Source: an uncultured Smithella sp. (lineage in GTDB: Bacteria; Desulfobacterota; Syntrophia; Syntrophales; Smithellaceae). From it: a stretch of DNA of 64,000 nt. The stretch covers positions 23,107 through 87,106 of the forward strand of contig CAYXZW010000006.1 of assembly GCA_964469905.1 (NCBI GenBank), given 5' to 3'. Positions 27,296-36,040 of this stretch are shown here, one piece after another. Every line of letters starts with the position of its first letter. Positions within the stretch are counted from its first letter, which is position 1. The position numbers and the translations under genes are program-made. Below the pieces are notes generated by a model that was not told the DNA's origin, ran no database searches, and saw only the letters and a program-made list of their open reading frames with translations.

Positions 27296-27450
27296 CAGAA
27301 TATCCTTATATTAATTTAATTGATAAGTTAAGCGTTGAAACGTTGGTGTGCCTGCCTTGCAGCAGGCCGAAGAAAAGAAAATTACAGGGGTGTGGAATGG
27401 AAGAATAAAAGATGGGTAAAATCTAATAATACGGAATTTTTGCTTCTTTG

Positions 27451-27762
27451 CTAAGCAAAAAGATCAACGATCGATTCTCCCACCATTTTCCCGGCAATCT
27501 TTTCTCCACTAACGTTGTATTTACCATTCTCTACCTGACTTTTAATCTCTTGCACTTTCTGTTCGCGCACATCAGGTAACTGGGACAACGCATTTTTTGC
27601 TAGCTGAATATCTTTTGCCTGGGTGGAAAGATCAACTTTTTCTCCCGTTTTTGTTGTAGTCGCATTGGCAGCTGGTTTTTCAGTATTGGCGACATAATTG
27701 TCGTTTTTCTGGTACTGCTGAACCATTTGCGAACTTACATCTTTAATATCGGAAATTTTCAT
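27451..27762 (-). CDS. flgM: anti-sigma-28 factor FlgM
   Basis: KVDLSTQA...LPDVREQKVQEIKSQVENGKYNVSGEKIAGKM is the classic FlgM C-terminus. Confidence 0.85.
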   Translation of the reverse strand: MKISDIKDVSSQMVQQYQKNDNYVANTEKPAANATTTKTGEKVDLSTQAKDIQLAKNALSQLPDVREQKVQEIKSQVENGKYNVSGEKIAGKMVGESIVDLFA

Positions 27763-27794
27763 CTACTTTCTCCTTGATCTTCGTCTTACACCAC

Positions 27795-27821
27795 CTATCG
27801 GCAAAATCTATAAATAACTTA
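27795..27821 (-). promoter_or_regulatory. sigma-28 promoter of flgM
   Basis: The minus strand reads TAAGTTAT-N11-GCCGATAG, with the same spacing as the flagellin promoter. Confidence 0.7.
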
Positions 27822-27825
27822 AACA

Positions 27826-28170
27826 TTATTTAATTTTTTCTTCAGGAACCTCCTTTATCTGATTTTTGGTTAATTGCTCGTAAAGCATCTTCTGCAAACC
27901 CAATCCTTTACCTTTATTGGATAATTCCTCAGCAAGTTTTTGATCCATAATCATCGTATAGGTATCTTTCCCGGAAAAATTACCAAAACCGGTTGTGCTC
28001 TTGGGAATAGTCTGACGCATTGTTTTCAGCAGATAATACGCAAATATTGATTCAAAATCCTTGCAAGCTTTTTTAATTTTCAGCAGTTCCTCTTTCTTTT
28101 GCTTCGGAGTAATTTCCGTATTTTTTGCCTGTTCCGTTATATTGGGAGTTTTTAGATCTATTGTATTCAT
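27826..28170 (-). CDS. flgJ: rod-binding protein (FlgJ N-terminal domain only, no muramidase domain)
   Basis: ACKDFESIFAYYLLKTMRQT matches the Rod_binding motif. At 114 aa it is too short to hold a glucosaminidase domain. Confidence 0.75.
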   Translation of the reverse strand: MNTIDLKTPNITEQAKNTEITPKQKKEELLKIKKACKDFESIFAYYLLKTMRQTIPKSTTGFGNFSGKDTYTMIMDQKLAEELSNKGKGLGLQKMLYEQLTKNQIKEVPEEKIK

Positions 28171-28188
28171 ACCAGTCCTTGGGCACTT

Positions 28189-29367
28189 CTAAATTATGTG
28201 CAAATCGGCCTGCAGAGCACCGGCAGCCTTGATTGCCTGCAAAATAGTTATCAAATCACGTGGTGAAACACCCAGAGAATTGAGCGCTCTGACCACATCA
28301 TAAATTGTCACTCCCTGGGGTACCATCATTAAGAACTTCTTCTCTTCCGCAATATTTACTGTAGTTTGCGGAATAACAACTGTCTGCCCACCGGGAGCAA
28401 CAACTGTACCTCCGGGACCGGGAGCGGGAGCTGTACCACCTGCCGGTGGAGCAGGAGCAAACGGCAGCGGTTGCGATACTTTGGCGTCTTCTTTAATCTG
28501 AATACTGAGATTTCCGTGGGCAATCGCGACTGTTGATATGCGCACATTATCACCCATAACAACTGTGCCGGTTTTTTCATTTAGCATCACTACTGCTGCA
28601 GCATCAACAGGAACGTCCAGAGATTCAAGAAAATATACCAGTTCCGATAGTGAACCCGCAAAGGCGTCTCTTGCTTTGACGGAAACAGAAAAGGAATCAA
28701 TCTGCTTGGCTTCTACAAAAGATAAGGTTCTATTTATAGACGCAGCCATTCTGGAGGCAGTTGTAAAATCGGGACGCTGCAAATTAATTACCAGTGACCG
28801 CCGTGAATCAAAATCATTTTGAAGCTCTTTTTCAACAAAGGCTCCATTGGCAATACCGCCTGCCGTAGTATGATTCTTCGATGCACCGCCACCTGCACCA
28901 CCGGCAGAAAATCCGCCCAGAGTCACCGCGCCCTGGGCAACAGCATATACTTCACCGTCAACACCACGCAGAGGAGTCAGAAGAAGCGTGCCACCTAAAA
29001 GACTTTTTGCTGATCCCACAGAAGAAACACTCACATCAATTTTTGTTCCAATTTTGGCAAACGGAGGCAGCGAGGCAGTAACCATGACAGATGCTATGTT
29101 ATCTGCTTTCAGCGTTGCCGCTGTGCCTTTCATCGATAGGCCCTGTCTGCTCATCATATTTATCAGTGACTCTGTGGTGAAAAGATTCTTGGTCAAGTCG
29201 TCTCCGGTACCAGACAGACCAACAACAACACCATAGCCGATAAGCTGATTGGCCCGCACACCTCCTACACTGGCGATATCTTTAATTCTGGCGGCAAGTA
29301 CATTGTTTGCCAACAGCAGTATTAATGTAAAAATAACCAGATTGATTATAATTTTTTCTTTTTTCAT
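28189..29367 (-). CDS. flgI: P-ring protein FlgI
   Basis: Signal peptide followed by ARIKDIASVGGVRANQLIGYGVVVGLSGTGD. Confidence 0.95.
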   Translation of the reverse strand: MKKEKIIINLVIFTLILLLANNVLAARIKDIASVGGVRANQLIGYGVVVGLSGTGDDLTKNLFTTESLINMMSRQGLSMKGTAATLKADNIASVMVTASLPPFAKIGTKIDVSVSSVGSAKSLLGGTLLLTPLRGVDGEVYAVAQGAVTLGGFSAGGAGGGASKNHTTAGGIANGAFVEKELQNDFDSRRSLVINLQRPDFTTASRMAASINRTLSFVEAKQIDSFSVSVKARDAFAGSLSELVYFLESLDVPVDAAAVVMLNEKTGTVVMGDNVRISTVAIAHGNLSIQIKEDAKVSQPLPFAPAPPAGGTAPAPGPGGTVVAPGGQTVVIPQTTVNIAEEKKFLMMVPQGVTIYDVVRALNSLGVSPRDLITILQAIKAAGALQADLHII

Positions 29368-29483
29368 CTGCGAGCTCCCGTACTTTTTACTACTACTTTC
29401 ACTGTTTAACCCCGCTTTGCGGGATAAGTGCGTTAACGAAATTATTTTCTGCCGGTAAAAAGCAGAAGATAATTTCTAACTTA

Positions 29484-30185
29484 CTAAAACGGCCACACCC
29501 AATCAACCACTCTCGTCAACCAGCCGGGTCTCATCTTGTCATTAATCACGCCGTCACCGGTGTAGAATATCCTGGCGTCAGCTATGTATTGCGAAGCCAC
29601 CGTATTATCTGCTGTAATATCATCGGGCCGGATAATTCCGGTAATGACGATGAACTGATCTTCGGCGTTAACTGTCAGCTGTCTTCTTCCTTCAATCAGC
29701 AAATTCCCATTATCCAAAACCTTTAACACGCGGGCACTGATACTTGCTGACAATGTACTGCTCCGGCTGGTGTCGCCAGCTCCCTTAAGAGCATTAGTAG
29801 ATGTTCCGCCTAAACCAATTTTGCCGCCCATACTGGCATTGCTGCCGATTATCGCATTCTCAATGCCTAGAAGTGATGTAACAGCTGCTCCCGTGCTGGT
29901 ATCTTTACTGGTATTTGTCGAGGCCTTGTTTCCCCCGGTAGCTGTTTCAGAAATGATTATGGTGACAATATCATTGGCGTAGCGTGCCTTTTTCCCGGAG
30001 AAAATTAAATTATTGTTGCTTTCACCCGCCCAGATGGAACCGGAGACAGGCTGCGGCCTGACTACTTGAGGGGGAGCAATATCGTCCGGCCGGACACTTA
30101 CCTTTTTTTCGGACAGACAACCGGTAACCATCAAAGCGGCTGTTATCAAGACTATTGCAGAATATCTTTGTTTTATTTCAAGCAT
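29484..30185 (-). CDS. flgH: L-ring lipoprotein FlgH
   Basis: Lipobox LMVTGC, GSIWAG...ARYANDIVTIIISE, LIEGRRQLTVN. Confidence 0.95.
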   Translation of the reverse strand: MLEIKQRYSAIVLITAALMVTGCLSEKKVSVRPDDIAPPQVVRPQPVSGSIWAGESNNNLIFSGKKARYANDIVTIIISETATGGNKASTNTSKDTSTGAAVTSLLGIENAIIGSNASMGGKIGLGGTSTNALKGAGDTSRSSTLSASISARVLKVLDNGNLLIEGRRQLTVNAEDQFIVITGIIRPDDITADNTVASQYIADARIFYTGDGVINDKMRPGWLTRVVDWVWPF

Positions 30186-30200
30186 AAGAAAGCTCCATTG

Positions 30201-30938
30201 CTATTTAAAATCGATTTTAACTTTAGATTCACCGACGACCCGGGCATAAATTATTTTATTGGATGTAATATTGCGCACTTTGACAAAAGATCCTTCCACA
30301 CCATCTTCTTCCGAAAGACCCATCGCTGTAATATTAATTGCGCCACTATCCAGAACAATTTGTACCATCTTGCCCCTCTTGACGGCAGTTACTTCTTTGA
30401 ACATATTGCGTGACAATTCGGTATTCGGACGAATACTAACCAATAGCAATTTGCCGACAACTTCATCCATGCCAGAAACCGAGTTTAAGGGAATTGAACG
30501 CACCCATTTTTTTTGCACGGAAACATCCTGGGCGCTGATGATAGAATCTCTACCCAGGTTTTTAACACTGACTACAACGTTATTGAGGACTTCAATGCGC
30601 ACCCGAACTGATTCTTCCTTAAACAAAACTCCCTTGTTGTATAATTTTACGACGAAGTAAGTATCACCCAGGTAACTATCATTTCCTTTAATATCGACTT
30701 TCCAGGAAACATTACCGGAAGGCAGTGCAATTTCGGGCAGGCCGGAAAGAATTTCATACCGCATCGATCCTTTAGGCCAGGGCATATATTTCTCAATATG
30801 CGCCCCGATGGCCTTATTTATTTTTTCCTGATCAATGACCGTGTTATCTGCCGCCGATAAATTACCCGCACCGAGGCAAATAATTAATGCGCAGATGATT
30901 GAAAATACTATTAATTTGCCGGTTATTCGCTTGAACAT
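30201..30938 (-). CDS. flgA: P-ring assembly chaperone FlgA
   Basis: Signal peptide. SAF/FlgA C-terminus VKRGKMVQIVLDSGAINITAMGLSEEDGVEGSFVKVRN. Confidence 0.85.
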   Translation of the reverse strand: MFKRITGKLIVFSIICALIICLGAGNLSAADNTVIDQEKINKAIGAHIEKYMPWPKGSMRYEILSGLPEIALPSGNVSWKVDIKGNDSYLGDTYFVVKLYNKGVLFKEESVRVRIEVLNNVVVSVKNLGRDSIISAQDVSVQKKWVRSIPLNSVSGMDEVVGKLLLVSIRPNTELSRNMFKEVTAVKRGKMVQIVLDSGAINITAMGLSEEDGVEGSFVKVRNITSNKIIYARVVGESKVKIDFK

Positions 30939-30941
30939 TTC

Positions 30942-31724
30942 TTACCTCTTGAGGTTGTTGACGATGGAGAGTAGAGCATCAGCCGTTTGAATGGCCTTGG
31001 AATTAATTTCATAGGCCCGCTGACCGACGATCATGCGGACCATTTCATCGACCACACTGACATTGGACATTTCCACGAAATGTTGAGATACCGTCCCAAT
31101 GCCATTTTCCCCCGGATTACCTACCAGTGCATCACCGGATGATTCCGTTTTATCATAGAGGTTTCTACCGATGCTTGTTAATCCCGCCGGATTAATAAAT
31201 GTCGCTAACTGCATACGGCCTGTTCCTAATGTTGCTCCGGCCTGATCGGTTGCACTCCAGGTTCCTCCGGCATCAACAGTGAATTCCACTGTTCCTGTGG
31301 GGATTGTAATATTGGGAAGAATTTTCAATCCCTCGGAATTGACCAGGGCACCTTCCTTATTGATTTTAAGGCTACCTGCCCTGCTGAAAACTGTTGTTCC
31401 ATTATTATCGAACTGGAAAAAGCCATTTTGCTCAATGGCAAAATCAAATTTATTGCCGGTTTGCTGATAATCACCCTGAGTAAATATTTTTTGCGTGGAC
31501 ATCGGTTTTACACCCATGCCTACTTCAATACCAACCGGCAACTGATTACCCTGCGTTGTCTGGGAACCGGATTTAGCTGAAATCTGATACATGAGATCAA
31601 GAAAGTCGGCCCTTGACTTCTTAAAACCAACTGTATTCACATTAGCCAAGTTATTGGCTACAACGTCCTGTTCTAATTGCTGGGCAGTCATACCCGTTGC
31701 CGCTGTAAATAAAGCTCTGATCAT
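30942..31724 (-). CDS. flgG: distal rod protein FlgG
   Basis: MIRALFTAATGM...ANNLANVNTVGFK. C-terminus QRAYEINSKAIQTAD. Confidence 0.95.
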   Translation of the reverse strand: MIRALFTAATGMTAQQLEQDVVANNLANVNTVGFKKSRADFLDLMYQISAKSGSQTTQGNQLPVGIEVGMGVKPMSTQKIFTQGDYQQTGNKFDFAIEQNGFFQFDNNGTTVFSRAGSLKINKEGALVNSEGLKILPNITIPTGTVEFTVDAGGTWSATDQAGATLGTGRMQLATFINPAGLTSIGRNLYDKTESSGDALVGNPGENGIGTVSQHFVEMSNVSVVDEMVRMIVGQRAYEINSKAIQTADALLSIVNNLKR

Positions 31725-31742
31725 ATGATCCTCCTTTTAAGC

Positions 31743-32456
31743 TTAAGACACTCTGCCTATTCTACTGGTCGAAATTTTGTCCAAGTCTGACATAGTCTGA
31801 ATTATTTTTTGATACGCTTCAAAAGATCTATGCCCGTCGATCATTTCCACCATCTCTTTCATGGCATTGACATTGGACGTCTCCAGATAACCGCCGGCGA
31901 CTCGATATGTATCATTTTTCTTCAATCCGGCGCTGCCGCTGTCAACATAATGTCCTCCAGCAGTACGAGTCAGTTGCCCCGGCTTTTCGAAAGCAACTAT
32001 CTTTAATTTTCCGGCCACATTTCCGTCAGCCCGGATATTGCCCTCAGGGTCAATTTCTATCTGCGTGCCGGTAATATTTATGGGTCCTGATTCTCCCATG
32101 ACTTTTGCGCCTTCCTTGGTTACTAATTCTCTATTCTTATTGACTGCAAAACTGCCGTTACGGGTGTAGGCAGTGCCGTCTTTTTGTTCAATGGCAAAAA
32201 AGCCTTCGCCTTCGATGGCAACGTCCAGCGGATTGCCGCTTCTTTGCAAGGTTCCCTGCGAAAAATCTATGAGTACTGATGTTATTCCCAAATCAGTGCG
32301 GGCAGATTCCTGCGCCGATTTCCCTTTCATTGCATAATATAGATGTTCTGCTTTGAATCCGGTTGTGGAAATATTGGCAATATTATTGGCAATAAAATCC
32401 AGTTGAGTAAGCTTTCGTGATCCGGCAACCGCAATTTGACTTAAATCGAAGTTCAT
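31743..32456 (-). CDS. flgF: proximal rod protein FlgF
   Basis: IANNIANISTTGFKAE plus a C-terminal rod motif. Position directly upstream of flgG. Confidence 0.85.
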   Translation of the reverse strand: MNFDLSQIAVAGSRKLTQLDFIANNIANISTTGFKAEHLYYAMKGKSAQESARTDLGITSVLIDFSQGTLQRSGNPLDVAIEGEGFFAIEQKDGTAYTRNGSFAVNKNRELVTKEGAKVMGESGPINITGTQIEIDPEGNIRADGNVAGKLKIVAFEKPGQLTRTAGGHYVDSGSAGLKKNDTYRVAGGYLETSNVNAMKEMVEMIDGHRSFEAYQKIIQTMSDLDKISTSRIGRVS

Positions 32457-32484
32457 TTTCTCCCCCTTATCTGCATTCCATCAT

Positions 32485-32500
32485 TGCAATCGATATGCCA
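32485..32500 (-). promoter_or_regulatory. sigma-54 promoter of flgF operon
   Basis: The minus strand reads TGGCATATCGATTGCA, with GG and GC 12 nt apart as in TGGCAC-N5-TTGCW. About 30 nt upstream of the flgF ATG. Confidence 0.8.
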
Positions 32501-32842
32501 TAAGATTTCAACTGGATAAAGCTGACGCAGATGTGGAAAAAGACAACCTGCACAGTAATACTTATTTTTATTATTAACATTAGTTATCAAATACTTACCG
32601 CCTGCTCATAATTACGTACACTGCGAATAATAAGCTTAATTTTAAATGTTCAGTATTTTCGATACGGAGGGATTACAGGTAATAATATGCCGGGGGGAAA
32701 ATTTTTCCTTTACAGAAGTCCATTGGCCATACTTGATATCCTGGATGTTTAAAAAACATTTCAAAGCAAATTATTACGGCAACAATGATACAATTTTTGT
32801 TGTACAACAGCTTGGGGTCAGAGGAGTTATTAATTATGATAT

Positions 32843-33139
32843 CTAACTACTTGGTGATCGCTGACTCTCATTGAGTGAATAAACGAAGGCCAGAATTTCA
32901 GCGACAGCCCGGTATAATTCCACCGGAATTTCAGCGCCGACATTCAATTTACTTAATATCTGAACCAAATCAGGATCGTTTTTGATGGGAATTCCATTTT
33001 CTTCGGCAATGGCAATAATTTTTTCAGCAATTATACCGCGTCCGCTGGCTGTCACTTTCGGCGCGCTATCCCCATTGCTATCGTATTTTATCGCAGCAGC
33101 CAGAGTCTGTGACGGTTTTTTTTCTTTTTTCTGTTTCAT
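32843..33139 (-). CDS. stand-alone FlhB C-terminal (FlhB-CC-like) protein, EscU/YscU family
   Basis: Aligns to the post-NPTH part of the FlhB in this window. Compare LAAAIKYD...APKVTASGRGIIAEKIIAIAEENGIPI...LYRAVAEILAFVY with LAVAVQYD...APKVVAKGANIIAEKIREIARENDIPI...LYRAVAEVLAFVY. Confidence 0.8.
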   Translation of the reverse strand: MKQKKEKKPSQTLAAAIKYDSNGDSAPKVTASGRGIIAEKIIAIAEENGIPIKNDPDLVQILSKLNVGAEIPVELYRAVAEILAFVYSLNESQRSPSS

Positions 33140-33148
33140 TTATTACCA

Positions 33149-34309
33149 TTAAACAAAAAAATTAACCAAATCAGCGGCAAAAAAAGATTGCCTTGCTAAA
33201 AATTCTTCCCGCTCATCCATCAATCCTTCTTGCTGAACACAATCGATAGAATCAAGCCGATAACCGGTCATCGAAAGCGAATGCTTCAATTCATCAAGAT
33301 TATCTTTTATCAACTCTTTTATTTCCACTCTTTCGCACTTTATTAAACAATTGAATCCCCCATCGCGGATACCGGCACTAACCGAGATTTTTCCCAACAG
33401 GTCTAAATCTAAAAATATTGTGACGGTACAGGACGCATACATCGCTTGGCCCTGGCCATTCTTGTCTTCCGGAGTAATTATTATATAGGCTAAACGAAAG
33501 CTGTCAGCCACAGCAACAGGGACCTGTAATACCAAACCATTATCGCTTAACTGAAATACTGAATTCATGGCCTGCTTTACTTCAATCGCTTTTAAGGTTT
33601 CACTGGCAAAGTCCAATATATTTGTCAGTCTTGCCGTCATCTCCATATCCAGATTCGGGTTTTCACGGAGAATGTCGCTAACTGCCGCTGACAATTTCAG
33701 CAGTAATGCTTTTATATTATCCCCCAGATTTTTATCAATTTTTCCTTTTGAAGAATCGCTGACAAGCTGCCTCAATGAATTCTCCAGTGTAAGGCCAAAC
33801 CTGGAAACAAACTCTTTCAAAAACAAGGGATTATTCTTCGTCCGGGAAGAGAAAATTATGTCATCAAACAGTTTTATTAATTTGTCCGCATCGCTATGGG
33901 AAATCGCTGCAGGCAGATTACCGTCCTGTAAAAGCTTAGTAAATTCAGCAACCTTACTGATGATTTGCAATAAATATTCCGGGTTTACCCGCCATTGCCG
34001 CAAGTTTTCATTAATCCAGGCATCGCCGGTTGAATTTTTGTTCCCGATAATATTTAAAATTATCTGCGGCTGTAAGCTCTCAACTTTTACGACAAGTTTT
34101 TCGCCAACATTCAAAGGAACATTTCCGGTTGCCGTAACCTGTAAGTTTTTCAAAGAAAGAGTATATTTATTAGGGGCTGACTTTTCCAGAACAGTTGCCG
34201 CAAGAGTTTCTCCCAGAGCGACTCCTCTGAGCAACACATTAGAACGAGATATTTCTATGCTATTTTTAGTTAGGCTGTTCTGAGCTGGTATTATTGGTGC
34301 AGAAGGCAT
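33149..34309 (-). CDS. hypothetical protein with FliK-C-terminal-like (Flg_hook-like) region
   Basis: The C-terminal third (LVLQVPVAV...ISVSAGIRDGGFNCLIKCE...LDELKHSLSMTGYRL) resembles the hook-length control domain pattern. Sits directly upstream of the FlhB-C-like gene. Confidence 0.4.
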   Translation of the reverse strand: MPSAPIIPAQNSLTKNSIEISRSNVLLRGVALGETLAATVLEKSAPNKYTLSLKNLQVTATGNVPLNVGEKLVVKVESLQPQIILNIIGNKNSTGDAWINENLRQWRVNPEYLLQIISKVAEFTKLLQDGNLPAAISHSDADKLIKLFDDIIFSSRTKNNPLFLKEFVSRFGLTLENSLRQLVSDSSKGKIDKNLGDNIKALLLKLSAAVSDILRENPNLDMEMTARLTNILDFASETLKAIEVKQAMNSVFQLSDNGLVLQVPVAVADSFRLAYIIITPEDKNGQGQAMYASCTVTIFLDLDLLGKISVSAGIRDGGFNCLIKCERVEIKELIKDNLDELKHSLSMTGYRLDSIDCVQQEGLMDEREEFLARQSFFAADLVNFFV

Positions 34310-34782
34310 TAGGTATTCTCGCGCTTAATGCGGGAAAGATCAATAATCAATCCAATTTCTGCCTGGGAAAAGCCGGTAATGCGTGCTGTTTCTTCTTCTC
34401 CATACCCCTTATTGATCAGATTCGTAACTTCGGAATATTTACTCAGTGAAAAAGCAGCATCATTGTTTGCCGCCCTAGCGTCTAATATTACCTCTTCCCG
34501 CTGCTTTTTTTCCAGAATTGTTTTTACTCTTTTTTCCTTTACTTCCAGCTCCAGGGCAATCTCTTTCAATGCCAACCTGCTTTGTTCCATAGCTTTCAGA
34601 AATAAATCGGCATTAACCTGTGATTCTATAATTAAAGATTTTAATTCGGCCGTCATTTTTTGATGAGCATCAAGGGGGGGATTCTTTATGTTGGCATTTA
34701 TCCGCCAAAGCAGAATAATTATAGTTGCGAACAAAACAATATCCAGGGCAATTTGCACAATTATCGGGTTGAGAAAGTCCAT
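34309..34782 (-). CDS. membrane-anchored protein with C-terminal HTH-like tail (DUF2802-like)
   Basis: Start set at MDFLNPII (ATG 34782), 1 nt after the upstream stop. One TM helix, a coiled coil, then GYGEEETARITGFSQAEIGLI at the C-terminus. Confidence 0.4.
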   Translation of the reverse strand: MDFLNPIIVQIALDIVLFATIIILLWRINANIKNPPLDAHQKMTAELKSLIIESQVNADLFLKAMEQSRLALKEIALELEVKEKRVKTILEKKQREEVILDARAANNDAAFSLSKYSEVTNLINKGYGEEETARITGFSQAEIGLIIDLSRIKRENT

Positions 34783-34783
34783 T

Positions 34784-35098
34784 TTATACCTTGATGTTGA
34801 TGTGTCCGCCCTCTTCTGCCGATTCTGTTTGTTCACTTGCAGCACTTTGTTCGTGATTCTCTTTAGCGTGCTGTTCTTTTCTTTTCCGGCTGTTTTCGCG
34901 TTCTTCTTTTTCTTTAATTGCAGCCTTTTCCGCTTCTTCCGATTGTATGACTTTTTCTCTTAAAAGACGATCCTGTTCCGATAAATGTAAGGCAAAATAC
35001 CTCTGTTGCATATCCGGATTTTGCTGCTGGATTTGCTGAATTTTTTCTACCATGCTTGATTGTAGAATTACTTGTTGTGCATCTATTGCCCTGACCAT
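34784..35098 (-). CDS. hypothetical Glu/Lys/Gln-rich 104-aa protein
   Basis: ORF in operon context only. No recognisable motif. Confidence 0.35.
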   Translation of the reverse strand: MVRAIDAQQVILQSSMVEKIQQIQQQNPDMQQRYFALHLSEQDRLLREKVIQSEEAEKAAIKEKEERENSRKRKEQHAKENHEQSAASEQTESAEEGGHINIKV

Positions 35099-35158
35099 GA
35101 GTTATCTCCCCGAAACAGGACCTCTCCGCAATACTAATCGTCAAAATTATGGAATTTC

Positions 35159-35956
35159 TTAAATATCCTTTCTTCTGATTTTTTCATTGCGATAGGGAAA
35201 ACCAATGGAAATAGTACTAAAGTTTTCCTCACTGAAAAAATTAATTCTTGCTTGATATTTGTCCAGAAGCAGCAACGACAATAAGAACCCCTGATCAGCA
35301 GCACCGGGAACATTCAATGAATCAGAGTTCAAGTTTTCCATTAAATAATCCAGGTCAGGGGCAGACATAGCTTCACCCGAGCTTTTTATAAACACACTAA
35401 CATATTTATTATCATGATCCGTCTTAATAGAAAATTCTTTCAGTTGACTGGCTAATGCCCGAGTCATCGCAAAACGAATGATTCGCCAAAAGGCCAGCGA
35501 TAAATCAGCCGTGCTTCCCTTAAAATCGGGAACTTCTTTATCCCACTGAATATTTTTCTTTATCTCATGTTTAAAATCCAGATAGAAATCGACAAAACGC
35601 ATTTCAGCCGCCAGTAACTGAGAAATATTAATTCTATCTTCATTTTTAGCGGCCAGTGCATAGAATTTCCCGGCAACATCCTTGAACATATCAAAGAAAT
35701 AATCCGCTTCCTGATTAACAGAGCGAATATCCGTTTTGATCCGCTGCAAATCATCCATCATGCAGTTTGCGGCCTCCGGATATTTTTCTTCTATCTTTCT
35801 TAAATTTTCCTCAATACGCCGCTGCAGCAATTTTGCTCTGCCCATTATACCATTTAGCGGATTGGCAAAATTATGAAGAATACCGGGAATCAGTTCTTCA
35901 ATGAAAGTTGCTGCAAAATCCTTTTCTAATGCGCGATAAATTTCGCCTTTATCCAT
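35159..35956 (-). CDS. HisKA-like protein with degenerate ATPase domain (pseudokinase/phosphatase candidate)
   Basis: H-box-like GILHNFANPLNGIMGRAKLL. The downstream region lacks recognisable N, G1 (DxGxG) and G2 (GxGLG) boxes. Confidence 0.5.
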   Translation of the reverse strand: MDKGEIYRALEKDFAATFIEELIPGILHNFANPLNGIMGRAKLLQRRIEENLRKIEEKYPEAANCMMDDLQRIKTDIRSVNQEADYFFDMFKDVAGKFYALAAKNEDRINISQLLAAEMRFVDFYLDFKHEIKKNIQWDKEVPDFKGSTADLSLAFWRIIRFAMTRALASQLKEFSIKTDHDNKYVSVFIKSSGEAMSAPDLDYLMENLNSDSLNVPGAADQGFLLSLLLLDKYQARINFFSEENFSTISIGFPYRNEKIRRKDI

Positions 35957-36040
35957 TTACTGCCTCTCCTGGGGACATTAAAATCGCTCTCCCCTCTTAT
36001 ACATCGTCCTAATTAATGCCTTTTCCCCTGTAGATATGTT

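Noticed and set aside
27330-27380. Sigma-54-like TGGTGTGCCTGCCTTGCA on the + strand in the flgM-flgN spacer
   Set aside because: The GG-to-GC spacing is 14 rather than 12, and it is on the wrong strand for any downstream gene.
29235-29242. Perfect GCCGATAA on the + strand inside flgI
   Set aside because: There is no TAAA-type -35 element at the right distance and no + strand gene downstream.
32799-32808. Perfect 10-bp palindrome GTTGTACAAC just downstream of the FlhB-C-like gene
   Set aside because: It is too short to form a useful terminator stem and has no second copy. It could be a protein site, but there is no supporting evidence.
32646-32846. 66-aa + strand ORF in the flgF upstream region
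   Set aside because: It has no SD and an odd composition, and it lies in the regulatory spacer that carries the sigma-54 promoter and candidate enhancer. I treat it as non-coding.
33567-34283. Long antisense or shadow ORFs from the track (e.g. 33567-34283 +, 16587-17132 -, 646-1134 -, 48475-48915 +, 23014-23334 +)
   Set aside because: Each lies wholly inside a well-supported gene on the opposite strand or in another frame, and has low-complexity or biased composition typical of shadow ORFs.
34761-34786. Sigma-28-like match TAAAATGG-N10-CCCGATAA on the minus strand
   Set aside because: It coincides with the start codon and first codons (MDFLNPII) of the DUF2802-like gene, and its spacing is one nt short. 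It is most likely a coding coincidence.
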